A DNA stretch of 64,000 bases from a virus. How positions within the stretch are numbered: the stretch's first letter is position 1; every line of letters starts with the position of its first letter. The stretch is from IMG/VR virus record IMGVR_UViG_3300012347_000302, positions 20 to 64,019 of that record; one strand, 5' to 3'. Position numbers and translations under genes: made by a program. The notes under the pieces were generated by a model. It was not told the origin of the DNA, did not search any database, and saw only the letters and a program-made list of their open reading frames with translations. Of the stretch, positions 1-9,500 are shown in pieces.

Positions 1-1
1 G

Positions 2-220
2 ATCCCCGGTGGTTACACCGTGAACCACTTCTTGACCGACACAAACGCTTGGTTCTTGATGACCGACGTGCCTAACGGTCTGAAGCACTTCGTGCGTTCG
101 CCTTTGAGCAACTCGATGGACGGCGACTTTGATACCGGCAACGTCCGTTACAAAGCCCGCGAGCGTTACAGCTTCGGCGTTTCGGACCCATTGGGTGCCT
201 ACGGTTCCCCCGGCGCGTAA
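2..220 (+). CDS. Major capsid protein, C-terminal fragment (5'-truncated by window edge)
   Basis: Frame is open from base 2. C-terminal sequence NHFLTDTNAWF...DGDFDTGNVRYKARERYSFGVSDP is typical of HK97-fold capsids of this phage type. Followed by a terminator. Confidence 0.85.
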   Translation: MPGGYTVNHFLTDTNAWFLMTDVPNGLKHFVRSPLSNSMDGDFDTGNVRYKARERYSFGVSDPLGAYGSPGA

Positions 221-239
221 GCACTGGTGGAAAAATGAG

Positions 240-267
240 AAGGGCCCCTTGTGGGCCCTTTTCTTTT
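240..267 (+). terminator. Rho-independent terminator after capsid gene
   Basis: AAGGGCCC-CTTGT-GGGCCCTT hairpin followed by TTCTTTT. Confidence 0.8.
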
Positions 268-363
268 GGGGTATATTGGGGCATCCGGGTTTCCGGTGTA
301 TCAGACCAGTCCCGGCTGGACGTCATGCAGATTGATACACCCGCATTGCATGAAGGAATCATC

Positions 364-819
364 ATGGGTCAATCCACATTCTCCGGTCCAGTTCGCGCCG
401 GCACAATCGCAAACACCACTGGCACCACTGTCGGCACAGACATCGCCAACGTTGGGTACATGGTCATGGCGCAGTCAGCTGCGTTTACGCAAGCCAGCGG
501 TGCAACCACCATCGTGGTTCCAGCAAACAGCCAAATTTTGTCGATTGACGTCAACGTGACTACTGAGTTCACCGGCGTGGCGACTACTTTCGGCGTGGGC
601 ACTACCGCTTCCGCAACATTCTTGACCGCCGCCGCCGCCGTTGATGGCGCAGCATTCGGTATCGTGGCCGCCGCCCCCGGCGATGATGCTACTCGCGCAG
701 CCAACTGGGTTGACGTGGGCACCACAGACCGCAAGATCGCAGTGACATCGACCAACACAGGCTCCGGCGCTGGCGTAATCACTGTCCAGTACATCCAAGG
801 TCTGAACCTGTCGGTTTAA
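364..819 (+). CDS. Putative virion structural/capsid-associated protein
   Basis: ATG at 364 preceded by GAAGGA; T/A/G-rich beta-type sequence; directly after the capsid gene. Confidence 0.7.
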   Translation: MGQSTFSGPVRAGTIANTTGTTVGTDIANVGYMVMAQSAAFTQASGATTIVVPANSQILSIDVNVTTEFTGVATTFGVGTTASATFLTAAAAVDGAAFGIVAAAPGDDATRAANWVDVGTTDRKIAVTSTNTGSGAGVITVQYIQGLNLSV

Positions 820-828
820 TTGATCTCG

Positions 829-848
829 GGGGCTTCGGCCCCTGTTTT
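829..848 (+). terminator. Terminator with C(UUCG)G tetraloop
   Basis: GGGGC-TTCG-GCCCC followed by TGTTTT. Confidence 0.7.
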
Positions 849-862
849 ACAGGAGATTGATT

Positions 863-1153
863 ATGGCAATGCAAGGTGATGTAAGCGCGAAGCACGTCAA
901 CGCTTCTGGCTCCGTCTACGCGGGTCGTACACGGGTCAAAGGGTTCTCGATCTGCGCGACGGCCAGCGCGGCTGGTACGCTGCTGCTGAAAGATGGCGGC
1001 TCCGGCGGCACGACACGGATTGAAATCGACATCCCGTCGAACTCAAACCCCAACTCCTTCTACGTGGCGATCCCGCAAGAAGGCGTTTTGTTTGGGACTG
1101 ATGTCTATGCCACGCTGACCAATATTGCGTCGGTGACGGTGTTCTACGGATAA
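863..1153 (+). CDS. Hypothetical structural protein
   Basis: AGGAG upstream of ATG 863; codon usage like neighbouring genes. Confidence 0.7.
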   Translation: MAMQGDVSAKHVNASGSVYAGRTRVKGFSICATASAAGTLLLKDGGSGGTTRIEIDIPSNSNPNSFYVAIPQEGVLFGTDVYATLTNIASVTVFYG

Positions 1154-1159
1154 GCAGCT

Positions 1160-1366
1160 ATGAAAGACCCGTTTGCCAACCTCGACGAGTCCGTCAAGCA
1201 CATTGTGGACGGGCTTTCTGTAGTAACTGTTTTGGGGACATTGGTGGATATGCTACCTTCGATCGCAGCAGGTTTTACGATCGTGTGGACAGGCATCCGC
1301 ATTTGGGAAACCGATACCATACAGCGCATTTTCGGCCGGAAGAAATCCAATGCCGTCGACGAGTAA
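1160..1366 (+). CDS. Small membrane protein (68 aa)
   Basis: Hydrophobic segment LSVVTVLGTLVDMLPSIAAGFTIVWTGI; basic C-terminus. Confidence 0.65.
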   Translation: MKDPFANLDESVKHIVDGLSVVTVLGTLVDMLPSIAAGFTIVWTGIRIWETDTIQRIFGRKKSNAVDE

Positions 1367-1691
1367 AAAACAGCACAACTTCATGAATGCCGTGGCGCAC
1401 AGCCCGGCTTTTGCGAAGAAGGCAGGCGTCCCACAGTCCGTGGGCAAAGACTTTTCAGCGGCCGACAAAGGCCGCAAATTCAAAGAAGGTGGCGATATGA
1501 AACATGATGACGTCAAGATGGACAAGTCCATGATGCAGAAGGCTGTGAACAAGCACGAGAGCCGCCTGCACAAAGGCAAGGCTCCCACAAAGCTGGCCAA
1601 GGGCGGCGGCGTTAAACGCGCCGACGGCTGCGTATCTAAAGGTCACACCAAGGGCACAATGGTTGCCATGTGTGGCGGCGGAAAAATGTGA
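1350..1691 (+). CDS. Small basic (K/G/M-rich) protein, possibly capsid-internal
   Basis: Very Lys-rich; FKEGG and LAKGGGV motifs. Confidence 0.7.
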   Translation: MPSTSKKQHNFMNAVAHSPAFAKKAGVPQSVGKDFSAADKGRKFKEGGDMKHDDVKMDKSMMQKAVNKHESRLHKGKAPTKLAKGGGVKRADGCVSKGHTKGTMVAMCGGGKM

Positions 1692-1699
1692 GGTGACTC

Positions 1700-2770
1700 A
1701 TGGCAACACGTAAACCACGCCGGTTTGGCGAAGGCGGTAGCTCAGACGCCGCTGACAAAGAGGAAGGCCTGAAAGCGTCCAAGGACGAGAAGGTCGGTTT
1801 CTTTGAGCGCATGCGCATGGGCAACATTGACCAAGAAGGCTCCGAGGCATACAAGCGCTTTGGTGCTGGTCGCGGCCGCGCGGAGCGCGTACCGGTCGAA
1901 GATCGTGTTGCTACCCCCGTGAAGCGCGAAGCGCCGAAGGTGGAGAAGGAAGATGAGCTGGAAGCCGCCAACAAGCGCGAGCCCATCGCCGTCCCCGCAG
2001 GTAAGAAGGCTGAGCCTGACGCCCCGGCCAAGACGCCAGCAAAAGCTCCCGCAAAGGCAGAGTCAAAGGCCCCTGCCAAAGCCGAGCCAAAGGCTCCCGC
2101 AAAGGCAGAGCCGAAGCCCAAGGCTGAGAGTTCCAACTACTCCAACGAGGGTCGTGGAATCAAGGCCAAGCAGTCGCTCGTGGATCAAATCCCACGCGAC
2201 AAAGCCACTCCTGTGTCCGGTGAAAAGGTTGATAGCACTGAGCTGGGTCGGAACATCAGCAACGCGCTGAACGCCACACCCGGTATCCAAGCCGTTGGTC
2301 GCATCGCTGGCGCTGGTAAGGCTGCACAGAAAGCCGCAGGAAGTCGCGCAGTATCCACTGCTGTGAACGATGGCGTCACGTTCTTGGGCAAGTCTGGCCG
2401 TCGTCAGGTTGGTGGGTTTGATGAGTTGGGCGAGGCGGCTAAGAAATTGGCCGACGGCCGTAAAGCTGCAATCACCCGTGAAGGTGGTCCTGCACTGGCG
2501 AACAACGCGACCAAGCGTCTGACGGGCCCCTCCAAAGGTGCCCTGACTGCACGCGATCGCGCTGCACGCGCTGCAAAGCGCCAAGCTGAGATGGGTGAGG
2601 AGAACGCGGCACGCCACGGCCTCGATCCCAAGTCGCCAGACTACATGGACAAAGCCAAAGCTGTGCGTGACAACCTCGGCGGCAGCGACTTCTCCTTGGG
2701 CATGAAAAAAGGCGGGTCCGTCAAGGGCTGGGGTATGGCACGAGGCGCTCGCAAGGCGAAAATCGTATGA
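1700..2770 (+). CDS. Basic low-complexity protein with PAKA(E)PK repeats
   Basis: 356 aa; GAGGTGA upstream; PAK repeats at about 2023-2128; MKKGGSV near the C-terminus. Confidence 0.75.
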   Translation: MATRKPRRFGEGGSSDAADKEEGLKASKDEKVGFFERMRMGNIDQEGSEAYKRFGAGRGRAERVPVEDRVATPVKREAPKVEKEDELEAANKREPIAVPAGKKAEPDAPAKTPAKAPAKAESKAPAKAEPKAPAKAEPKPKAESSNYSNEGRGIKAKQSLVDQIPRDKATPVSGEKVDSTELGRNISNALNATPGIQAVGRIAGAGKAAQKAAGSRAVSTAVNDGVTFLGKSGRRQVGGFDELGEAAKKLADGRKAAITREGGPALANNATKRLTGPSKGALTARDRAARAAKRQAEMGEENAARHGLDPKSPDYMDKAKAVRDNLGGSDFSLGMKKGGSVKGWGMARGARKAKIV

Positions 2771-3120
2771 GAGCCAGCCGCGGAATGGGGGCCATGGCTC
2801 CCTCCAAGATGCCCAAAGGCGTCCGCAAGGCACGCCGGGATGACACCGACTTCACGCAGTACGCTGAAGGTGGCGCGGTAAAATCGCCCGCTTGGACGCG
2901 CAAAGAAGGCAAGAACCCCGAAGGCGGCTTGAACGCTAAAGGGCGTGCCTCTGCCAAGGCTCAGGGCATGAACCTGAAGGCCCCGCAACCAGAAGGCGGC
3001 AAACGCCGCGATTCATTCTGTGCGAGGATGGAAGGCATGAAGTCGAAACTGACCAGCGAGAAAACGGCTAAAGACCCGGATTCCCGCATCAACAAAAGCC
3101 TTCGGGCATGGAAGTGCTAA
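2767..3120 (+). CDS. Basic protein, DUF6321-like C-terminal domain
   Basis: AWTRKEGKNPEGGLNAKGRAS...SFCARM...DPDSRINKSLRAWKC recognised as a common phage family; ATGA overlap with the upstream gene. Confidence 0.7.
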   Translation: MRASRGMGAMAPSKMPKGVRKARRDDTDFTQYAEGGAVKSPAWTRKEGKNPEGGLNAKGRASAKAQGMNLKAPQPEGGKRRDSFCARMEGMKSKLTSEKTAKDPDSRINKSLRAWKC

Positions 3121-3822
3121 ATGGCAATCTCCGGCACCACTGCATTCAACATGGACCTCACCGAGCTGGTAGAGGAGGCGTTCGAGCGCTGTGGTGCGGA
3201 GTTGCGCACCGGCTATGACCTGCGTACCGCGCGTCGCTCGCTGAACCTGCTGTTTGCCGACTGGGCCAACCGCGGCATCAACATGTGGACGTTTGAGCAG
3301 GGCACCATTCCGTTGGTGGCTGGCACAGCGACGTACGACCTCCCGGCCGACACGGTAGACCTGATGGAGCACGTCATTCGCACGGGCGCAGGCGCCGCGT
3401 CGACGCAGGCTGACCTGAACATCACGCGTATCAGTGTTTCTACATACGCCACGATCCCCAACAAACTGCAGCAGGCCCGGCCGATTCAGGTCTGGATTGA
3501 GCGCCTGCAGGCAAACCCCCGCATCACGGTCTGGCCTGTGCCAGACAACACCACCACCTACACGTTCGTGTACTGGCGCCTCAAGCGCATCGACGACGCT
3601 GGCAACGGCGTGAACACAATGGATGTGCCCTTCCGATTCCTGAACGCCATGGTGGCAGGCTTGGCCTACTACTTGGCGCTGAAGATTCCTGATGCGGCGC
3701 AGCGGTTGGACGTGCTGAAATCCCAGTACGACGAGGCTTGGGACTTGGCCAGCTCGGAAGACCGCGAAAAAGCAGCGGTTCGATTTGTGCCGCGTCACAT
3801 GTTCATCGGCGGAGGTGGCTGA
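3121..3822 (+). CDS. Head-tail adaptor/connector protein
   Basis: ELVEEAFERCG...YDLRTARRSLNLLFADWANRG helical N-terminus typical of adaptors; position in the morphogenesis operon. Confidence 0.7.
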   Translation: MAISGTTAFNMDLTELVEEAFERCGAELRTGYDLRTARRSLNLLFADWANRGINMWTFEQGTIPLVAGTATYDLPADTVDLMEHVIRTGAGAASTQADLNITRISVSTYATIPNKLQQARPIQVWIERLQANPRITVWPVPDNTTTYTFVYWRLKRIDDAGNGVNTMDVPFRFLNAMVAGLAYYLALKIPDAAQRLDVLKSQYDEAWDLASSEDREKAAVRFVPRHMFIGGGG

Positions 3823-4211
3823 TGCCGAACCGGTTTGCGTCAGGCCCACGGGCCATTGCGATGTGCGACATTTGCGGCTTTCAATTCAAACTGAAGGAGC
3901 TGAAGACTCAGATCGTCAAGACCAAACCGGTGAACGACCGCGTCTGCAAGGAGTGCTGGTCGCCAGATCATCCGCAGTTGCAGTTGGGCATGTACCCCGT
4001 GGACGATCCACAGGCGCTGCGCAACCCTCGACCTGACTCCACGTACGTCACGGCGGGCACGAACTCCGCAGGCTACCTTACAGGTGGCAGTCGAGACATT
4101 CAGTGGGGCTGGAGGCCAGTTGGCGGCTCTAGCGAATTTGATGCCCTGATGACACCAAACAGCTTGGTGATACAGGGAATTGTTGGTACAGTCACGGTAG
4201 TGACGAATTAA
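3822..4211 (+). CDS. Zn-binding (CxxC...CxxC) hypothetical protein
   Basis: ATG overlaps the upstream TGA; CDICG and CKEC motifs. Confidence 0.7.
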   Translation: MPNRFASGPRAIAMCDICGFQFKLKELKTQIVKTKPVNDRVCKECWSPDHPQLQLGMYPVDDPQALRNPRPDSTYVTAGTNSAGYLTGGSRDIQWGWRPVGGSSEFDALMTPNSLVIQGIVGTVTVVTN

Positions 4212-4221
4212 GGAGTCCATC

Positions 4222-4410
4222 ATGGCTTTCACAAAATCGGCTGACGGCGTCGCCAAGCAAGGCAAAACCAAAGGCAAAAACCTCGGCGACAGCGGCCCTA
4301 CAGTGGGTCAAACTGCTGGCGGCAAAGGCAAGGGCGGCGGCAAAACCAACGCCAACATGAAGGCCATGGGTCGCGGCTTGGCCAAAATCGCTGCCCAGAA
4401 GCGAGGCTAA
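4222..4410 (+). CDS. Small basic G/K-rich protein
   Basis: AAGGAG RBS; 62 aa, strongly basic. Confidence 0.7.
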   Translation: MAFTKSADGVAKQGKTKGKNLGDSGPTVGQTAGGKGKGGGKTNANMKAMGRGLAKIAAQKRG

Positions 4411-4412
4411 TC

Positions 4413-4679
4413 ATGGCTAAATTCAGTCAAAAAATGATGGGCAAAGAGGTTGGCTCTGCCAAAACCTACGCCAAACCACACACCATGTCGGGCAAAGAGG
4501 TCAAAGCGTCCTCCAACCCCGGCAAGGGCCCAAACCGTAGCGACCTGAGCACGGTGGACGCGAGCGTCGGCAACATCGACAAGTCCAAGGGTGAGTACCC
4601 AACGAAGACCAGCGGCATCAAAATCCGCGGCACTGGCGCAGCTACCAAAGGCGTAATGGCCCGCGGTCCAATGGCGTAA
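4413..4679 (+). CDS. Small basic protein with RGTGAATKG motif
   Basis: 88 aa, Lys-rich, tightly packed in the operon. Confidence 0.7.
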   Translation: MAKFSQKMMGKEVGSAKTYAKPHTMSGKEVKASSNPGKGPNRSDLSTVDASVGNIDKSKGEYPTKTSGIKIRGTGAATKGVMARGPMA

Positions 4680-4683
4680 TACG

Positions 4684-5334
4684 ATGACATACGACGAACT
4701 CGTCACCGCGGTTCAGGACTATTGTGAGAACACGTTTCCCACAAATGACATGAACACGTTCATCCGGCAGGCGGAGCAGCGCATCTACAACACGGTGCAG
4801 CTGGCCAGCTTGCGGAAGAACATGACGGGTACGCTGTCTGCCAACAACAAGTACCTGACGTGCCCCAATGACTTTTTGTCGACGTACTCATTGGCCGTGG
4901 TCGATGGCAGTGGCAACTACGAGTACCTGCTGAACAAGGATGTGAACTTCATCCGTCAGGCGTACCCCAACCCCACCAGCACTGGCATCCCCAAGTATTA
5001 CGCAATCTTCGGCCCCGCCACAACGGATGCCACAGAGTTGTCGCTGATTCTGGGCCCCACACCCGACACCAACTACGCTGTTGAGCTGCACTTCTACTAC
5101 TACCCCGAGTCTATTGTGACCGCCGGTACGACATGGCTGGGCGACAACTTCGATTCCGCGCTGTTGAACGGCACGATGGTTGAGGCCATTCGCTTCATGA
5201 AGGGTGAAGCCGACATGATTCAGCTGTACAAAGACATGTACCTCCAGTCGATCGGCCTGCTCAAGAACTTGGGTGATGGCAAGCAGCGCATGGATGCGTA
5301 TCGTGATGGTCAAGTGCGAGTGCAGGTGAACTGA
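4684..5334 (+). CDS. Head-tail joining/tail adaptor protein
   Basis: MTYDELVTAVQDYCEN...FIRQAEQRIY N-terminus and G.PKYYA motif typical of adaptors. Confidence 0.65.
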   Translation: MTYDELVTAVQDYCENTFPTNDMNTFIRQAEQRIYNTVQLASLRKNMTGTLSANNKYLTCPNDFLSTYSLAVVDGSGNYEYLLNKDVNFIRQAYPNPTSTGIPKYYAIFGPATTDATELSLILGPTPDTNYAVELHFYYYPESIVTAGTTWLGDNFDSALLNGTMVEAIRFMKGEADMIQLYKDMYLQSIGLLKNLGDGKQRMDAYRDGQVRVQVN

Positions 5335-5741
5335 TGGCCTTTACGCAAGCAACCACCACGCAGACGAAATACGTTGCCCTGAGCTACGTAGCGACGGGCA
5401 CGTTAAAAATCGCGCTGTACACTTCCGACGCAGACCTGAGCGCCAGCACAACTGCTTACACAACTACCGGCGAGGTGGTTGGTACGGGCTACTCGGCAGG
5501 CGGCAAGATTCTGACGGGCGTGACGGTGTCCCAATCTGGGACTACAGCCTACCTTGACTTTGACAACGTGACATGGGACCCTGCAGCCTTTACGGCTCGC
5601 GGCGCCCTAATTTACAATACAAGCCTTGGCGATTTAGCCATTGCGGTGTTGGACTTCGGGTCGGACAAGACTACGACCACAACTTTCACCGTGCAGATGC
5701 CAGACAATTCGGCGTCGTCCGCGATCATCCGATTCACATAA
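5334..5741 (+). CDS. Tail-associated structural protein
   Basis: LKIALYT...TTAY...EV.GTGYSAGG motif common in phage tail modules. Confidence 0.65.
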   Translation: MAFTQATTTQTKYVALSYVATGTLKIALYTSDADLSASTTAYTTTGEVVGTGYSAGGKILTGVTVSQSGTTAYLDFDNVTWDPAAFTARGALIYNTSLGDLAIAVLDFGSDKTTTTTFTVQMPDNSASSAIIRFT

Positions 5742-5750
5742 GGAACCATC

Positions 5751-6329
5751 ATGTTCAACAATCTCGCAAAATCCACCGACACAGTGTCCTCTGGCATGGT
5801 GTGCGGCACTCGTCCAGAAGCCAAAGCCAAAGCTGGTGGCGTGTACAAAGTCCAGTGCCTTGGCGCTGACGGTTCCGTCAAATGGGAAGAGGACATGCAT
5901 AACCTCGTGGTGAACGTGGGCCTGCAAGACATGGTTGCGACCTATCTTGACGCGGGTACGCAAGTCACTACTTGGTATGTCGGTCTCATCACTGGCCCCG
6001 GCTCCGGCACCACGATTGCTGCCGCTGATACGTTGGCGTCGCACGCTGGCTGGACTGAGTTCACGGACTACTCCGGCAGCCGCAAAGCCGCTGTGTTTGG
6101 CACCGCCACAACCGCAGACCCCTCGGTCATCAACAACACAGCCTCTCCTGCTTCGTTCACTATTTCTGGTGCTGGTGGTACAGTGGCTGGCGCGTTCCTG
6201 TGCTCTGCAGCATCTGGCACTACTGGCGTATTGTTCTCGGCCTCGGACTTCCAATCCCCCGGCGATCGCGTGGTGGTAAGTGGCGATACACTCAACGTGA
6301 CGTACACATTCAGCCTCGACGCAGCTTGA
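5751..6329 (+). CDS. Tail-associated structural protein
   Basis: HNLVVNVG motif; beta-rich; AAGGA RBS. Confidence 0.65.
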   Translation: MFNNLAKSTDTVSSGMVCGTRPEAKAKAGGVYKVQCLGADGSVKWEEDMHNLVVNVGLQDMVATYLDAGTQVTTWYVGLITGPGSGTTIAAADTLASHAGWTEFTDYSGSRKAAVFGTATTADPSVINNTASPASFTISGAGGTVAGAFLCSAASGTTGVLFSASDFQSPGDRVVVSGDTLNVTYTFSLDAA

Positions 6330-6356
6330 TTGGGTGACACCCTGAGTTTGGTGCAG

Positions 6357-6382
6357 CACCCGCTACGGCGGGTGTTTCTTTT
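6357..6382 (+). terminator. Terminator with C(UACG)G tetraloop
   Basis: CACCCGC-TACG-GCGGGTG followed by TTTCTTTT. Confidence 0.8.
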
Positions 6383-6394
6383 TGGAGACTTGAC

Positions 6395-6565
6395 ATGAAA
6401 ATCGACTTTGAATTTGAAACTCCTCATGGCTTGTTCCGTGACGCCTTGCACTTGGCTGATGACCATACGTTTACGGAGGCTGAGATTGAGTCGATGAAGC
6501 AGCAACGTGTGGACAACTGGATTGCTGTTGTAACTGCTCCTCCTGCTGAAGACGAGGTGATCTAA
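6395..6565 (+). CDS. 56-aa acidic protein preceding the tail fibre (not in ORF track)
   Basis: GGAG RBS; MKIDFEFETPHGLFRDALHL...DNWIAVVTAP; TAA overlaps the ATG of the next gene. Confidence 0.75.
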   Translation: MKIDFEFETPHGLFRDALHLADDHTFTEAEIESMKQQRVDNWIAVVTAPPAEDEVI

Positions 6566-9500
6566 TGGCTGATCGTTATTGGGTCGGGGGAACTGGAACT
6601 TGGGACGCTACAAGCACAACCCATTGGTCAGCCACGTCTGGAGGAGCCAGTGGAGCCTCAGTCCCTACCGCTTCAGATATCGTATTTTTTGATGAATTAT
6701 CTAATGCGACAGCTTACACGGTAACATGTACCGGAACTTTGGCGTGTTCTTATTTGCACATGGGGCCAGCGCTTGCAGGTAACATTACTTGGGCAGGGAC
6801 TGCTGCAATTACCATAACGGATGGTCTTGATCTTGCGTGGGGGATGGGAACAGGCGCAATTGCCAGAACTTATACCGGAGCACTTACTTTTAACGGTTCA
6901 AATACCGGCAACTTTATTTTTACCAATGGGGTATCTCTTGCAAGCGCCTTCACAATAAACGGAACAGGTGATTGGACTCTTGCTGGAGCGTTAACAACAA
7001 CGGGGACGTTGACAGTAACCCAAGGAACCTTCACCACCAACAATTACAGCGTAGCAGCTACCGCGTTCAACTCTACGGGGTCACTGAGCCGCACCGTATC
7101 GTTTGGCAGCAGCACGATTACTTTATCAAGCATCGGGACAATCTTGCAGTTCACCCCTGAGGGGCTGGTTTTTAACTGTGGCACATCGACTATTACCGCC
7201 TCAAACACCACTGCAAGTTCGGTCAACGTGTTTAGGGGGGGTGCGCAGACTTTTTATGATCTGACGTTCACCTCATCAAACCCGGCAACAGTGAACTTTC
7301 AAGAGTACGCGAACACTTTTCGTAACGTAACCATTGCAGGAAGAGCCGCTTCCGGGGTAAAGATACTCCAACTTGAAGCGAACCAGACCATCACCGGCAC
7401 GCTAACTATCTCCGCAGGTTCCAATGCCACGATGCGCACCTTTGTGCGCTCTAGCCTCATAGGCGCTACCCGCACCTTGACCTGCGCGGCTATAGCGTCT
7501 TTGTCCGATATTGACTTCCGTGACATCGCCATTGCTGGAGCTGCTGCCCCTGTATCCGGTACTCGCTTGGGCGACTGCAAAGGAAACAGTGGGATCACGT
7601 TTGGGGCGGGGAAAACCGTTTATTGGCGATCCACAATATCTGCCAACTGGGGCGGGGTCAACAGTTGGTCTGCCACATCTGGGGGCGCAGCGGATGTCAC
7701 TCAGTTCCCGTTGGCGCAAGACACCGCGGTGTTTCCGGCTGCTACGTATCCGGCGTCTGGGGCCACGGCTACTATTGATGCCGCCTACAACATCGGCACT
7801 ATCGACATGTCGTTGAGGACGTCTAACACAATGACGTTGGCAGGCGGCACTTCTGGGCCCAATTTCTACGGCAACTGGATTAACGGAACGGGTACAACAA
7901 TATCTGGGACAACTCTATTTACGTTTGCAGGGCAAGGAAGTCAGACGATTACCAGTGCAGGGAGGTCGTTCACTCAACAAATTACCACAAACAGCCCCGG
8001 CGGTTCTGTCACGCTACAAGACGCGTATTCCGGAACCAGTCTGGCCATCACGTCCGGCACTTTCGCGGCGAATAATTACAACGTCACGCTGTCTGGGTTG
8101 GTTACATTAACCGCCAATACCACGCGCACAATTGATATTGGTTCGGGTACATGGTCAGTCAATGGAGGCTGGACTGCGACCAACGGTAACAACCTGACCT
8201 TAACGGGGTCGGGGGTAATTAACATCACGCAGACAGACGGGCAGGTGTGGGTTTCTCGGACTTCCGGCACTAGCAACACACTCCGTGCGCTTGCTGCAAA
8301 ACCCGGCGTAGTAGTTGCAGTGGGATTGGGTGGAGTAATAATATCAAGCCCTGACGGAATAACGTGGGCTACTCAAACTTCTGGGACTGGCAACACTTTT
8401 TATGCCGCTGCGTATGGCGCAGGATTGTTTGTTGCCTCTGGCGACGGTGGTGTATTGCGTACAAGCCCGGACGGGGCAACATGGACAACACAAACCGACA
8501 TCTCGGGCATTGCCGTAAAGGGTATGGTGTGGTCAGGCGCGTTGTTCGTAGCCGTTGGGAACAGTGGGCAGGTGCGTACAAGCGCGGATGGAATATCTTG
8601 GACATCTCAAACATCAGGCACCGCTACAAGGTTGAACGGTATTGGATGGGGCAATGGGCTGTTCGTTGCTGCTGGGGACAGTGGAGTCCTTATCACAAGC
8701 CCTGACGGCGTAACGTGGACATCTCAGACTTCGGGTGTTGCCACAGACCTTAACGCGGTGACGTACGGCGCGGGAGTATATGTGGCTGTCGGCAACAGCG
8801 GGGTTGTTCGCACAAGTGCAGACGGCGTGACTTGGACATCTCGGACTTCGGGTGTTGCAACAGCACTCTTCGCTGTATTTTTTAACGGGAAGCAGTTTAT
8901 TTTTTGCGGGGCTTCGCAGGTGGTGCGTACAAGCCCCGACGGCATAACTTGGACTTCTCGCACATCAGCCGTCACCGGCACGTTATACGCCGCTGTATGG
9001 GCGGGTACGGCGCAATTTATTGTTGCGGGGAACACCGGCATCCTAAGTTCTTCCACAACCACATTTATATTTGACGGGGGGTGCATTCAAACATACCCAA
9101 CACTCAATCTTTCGGGGGATGCTCCGGTCAGGTTGGCGGGAGCAAACAAGTTTGCGGACATCACCAATACCTCGGTAGCGCCTTTGGAACTTATACCTGA
9201 GCAAAGTACAGTTACCTCAAGCGGCATGACTTGGGTAGGTAGCAGGTTTGTTGCGTTCTCAAACAGTCAAGGCCCAAGTGTGGTGACTCAGGTTTACGGG
9301 GATGTTTGGCAACGGGTGCTTTACGGCTCTACATCCTCCCTCTCATCCCCATTGTTTTACGCCACATGGACGGGTAGTTTGGCAGTGGGGGTTGGAACCC
9401 CCGGTATTGCAACCAGCACAGACGGGTTGACGTGGGCATTGCAGACCTCAAACCTTCCCGGTACCGGCGCTGGCGTTGTGTACGGCAACAGCTTGTACGT

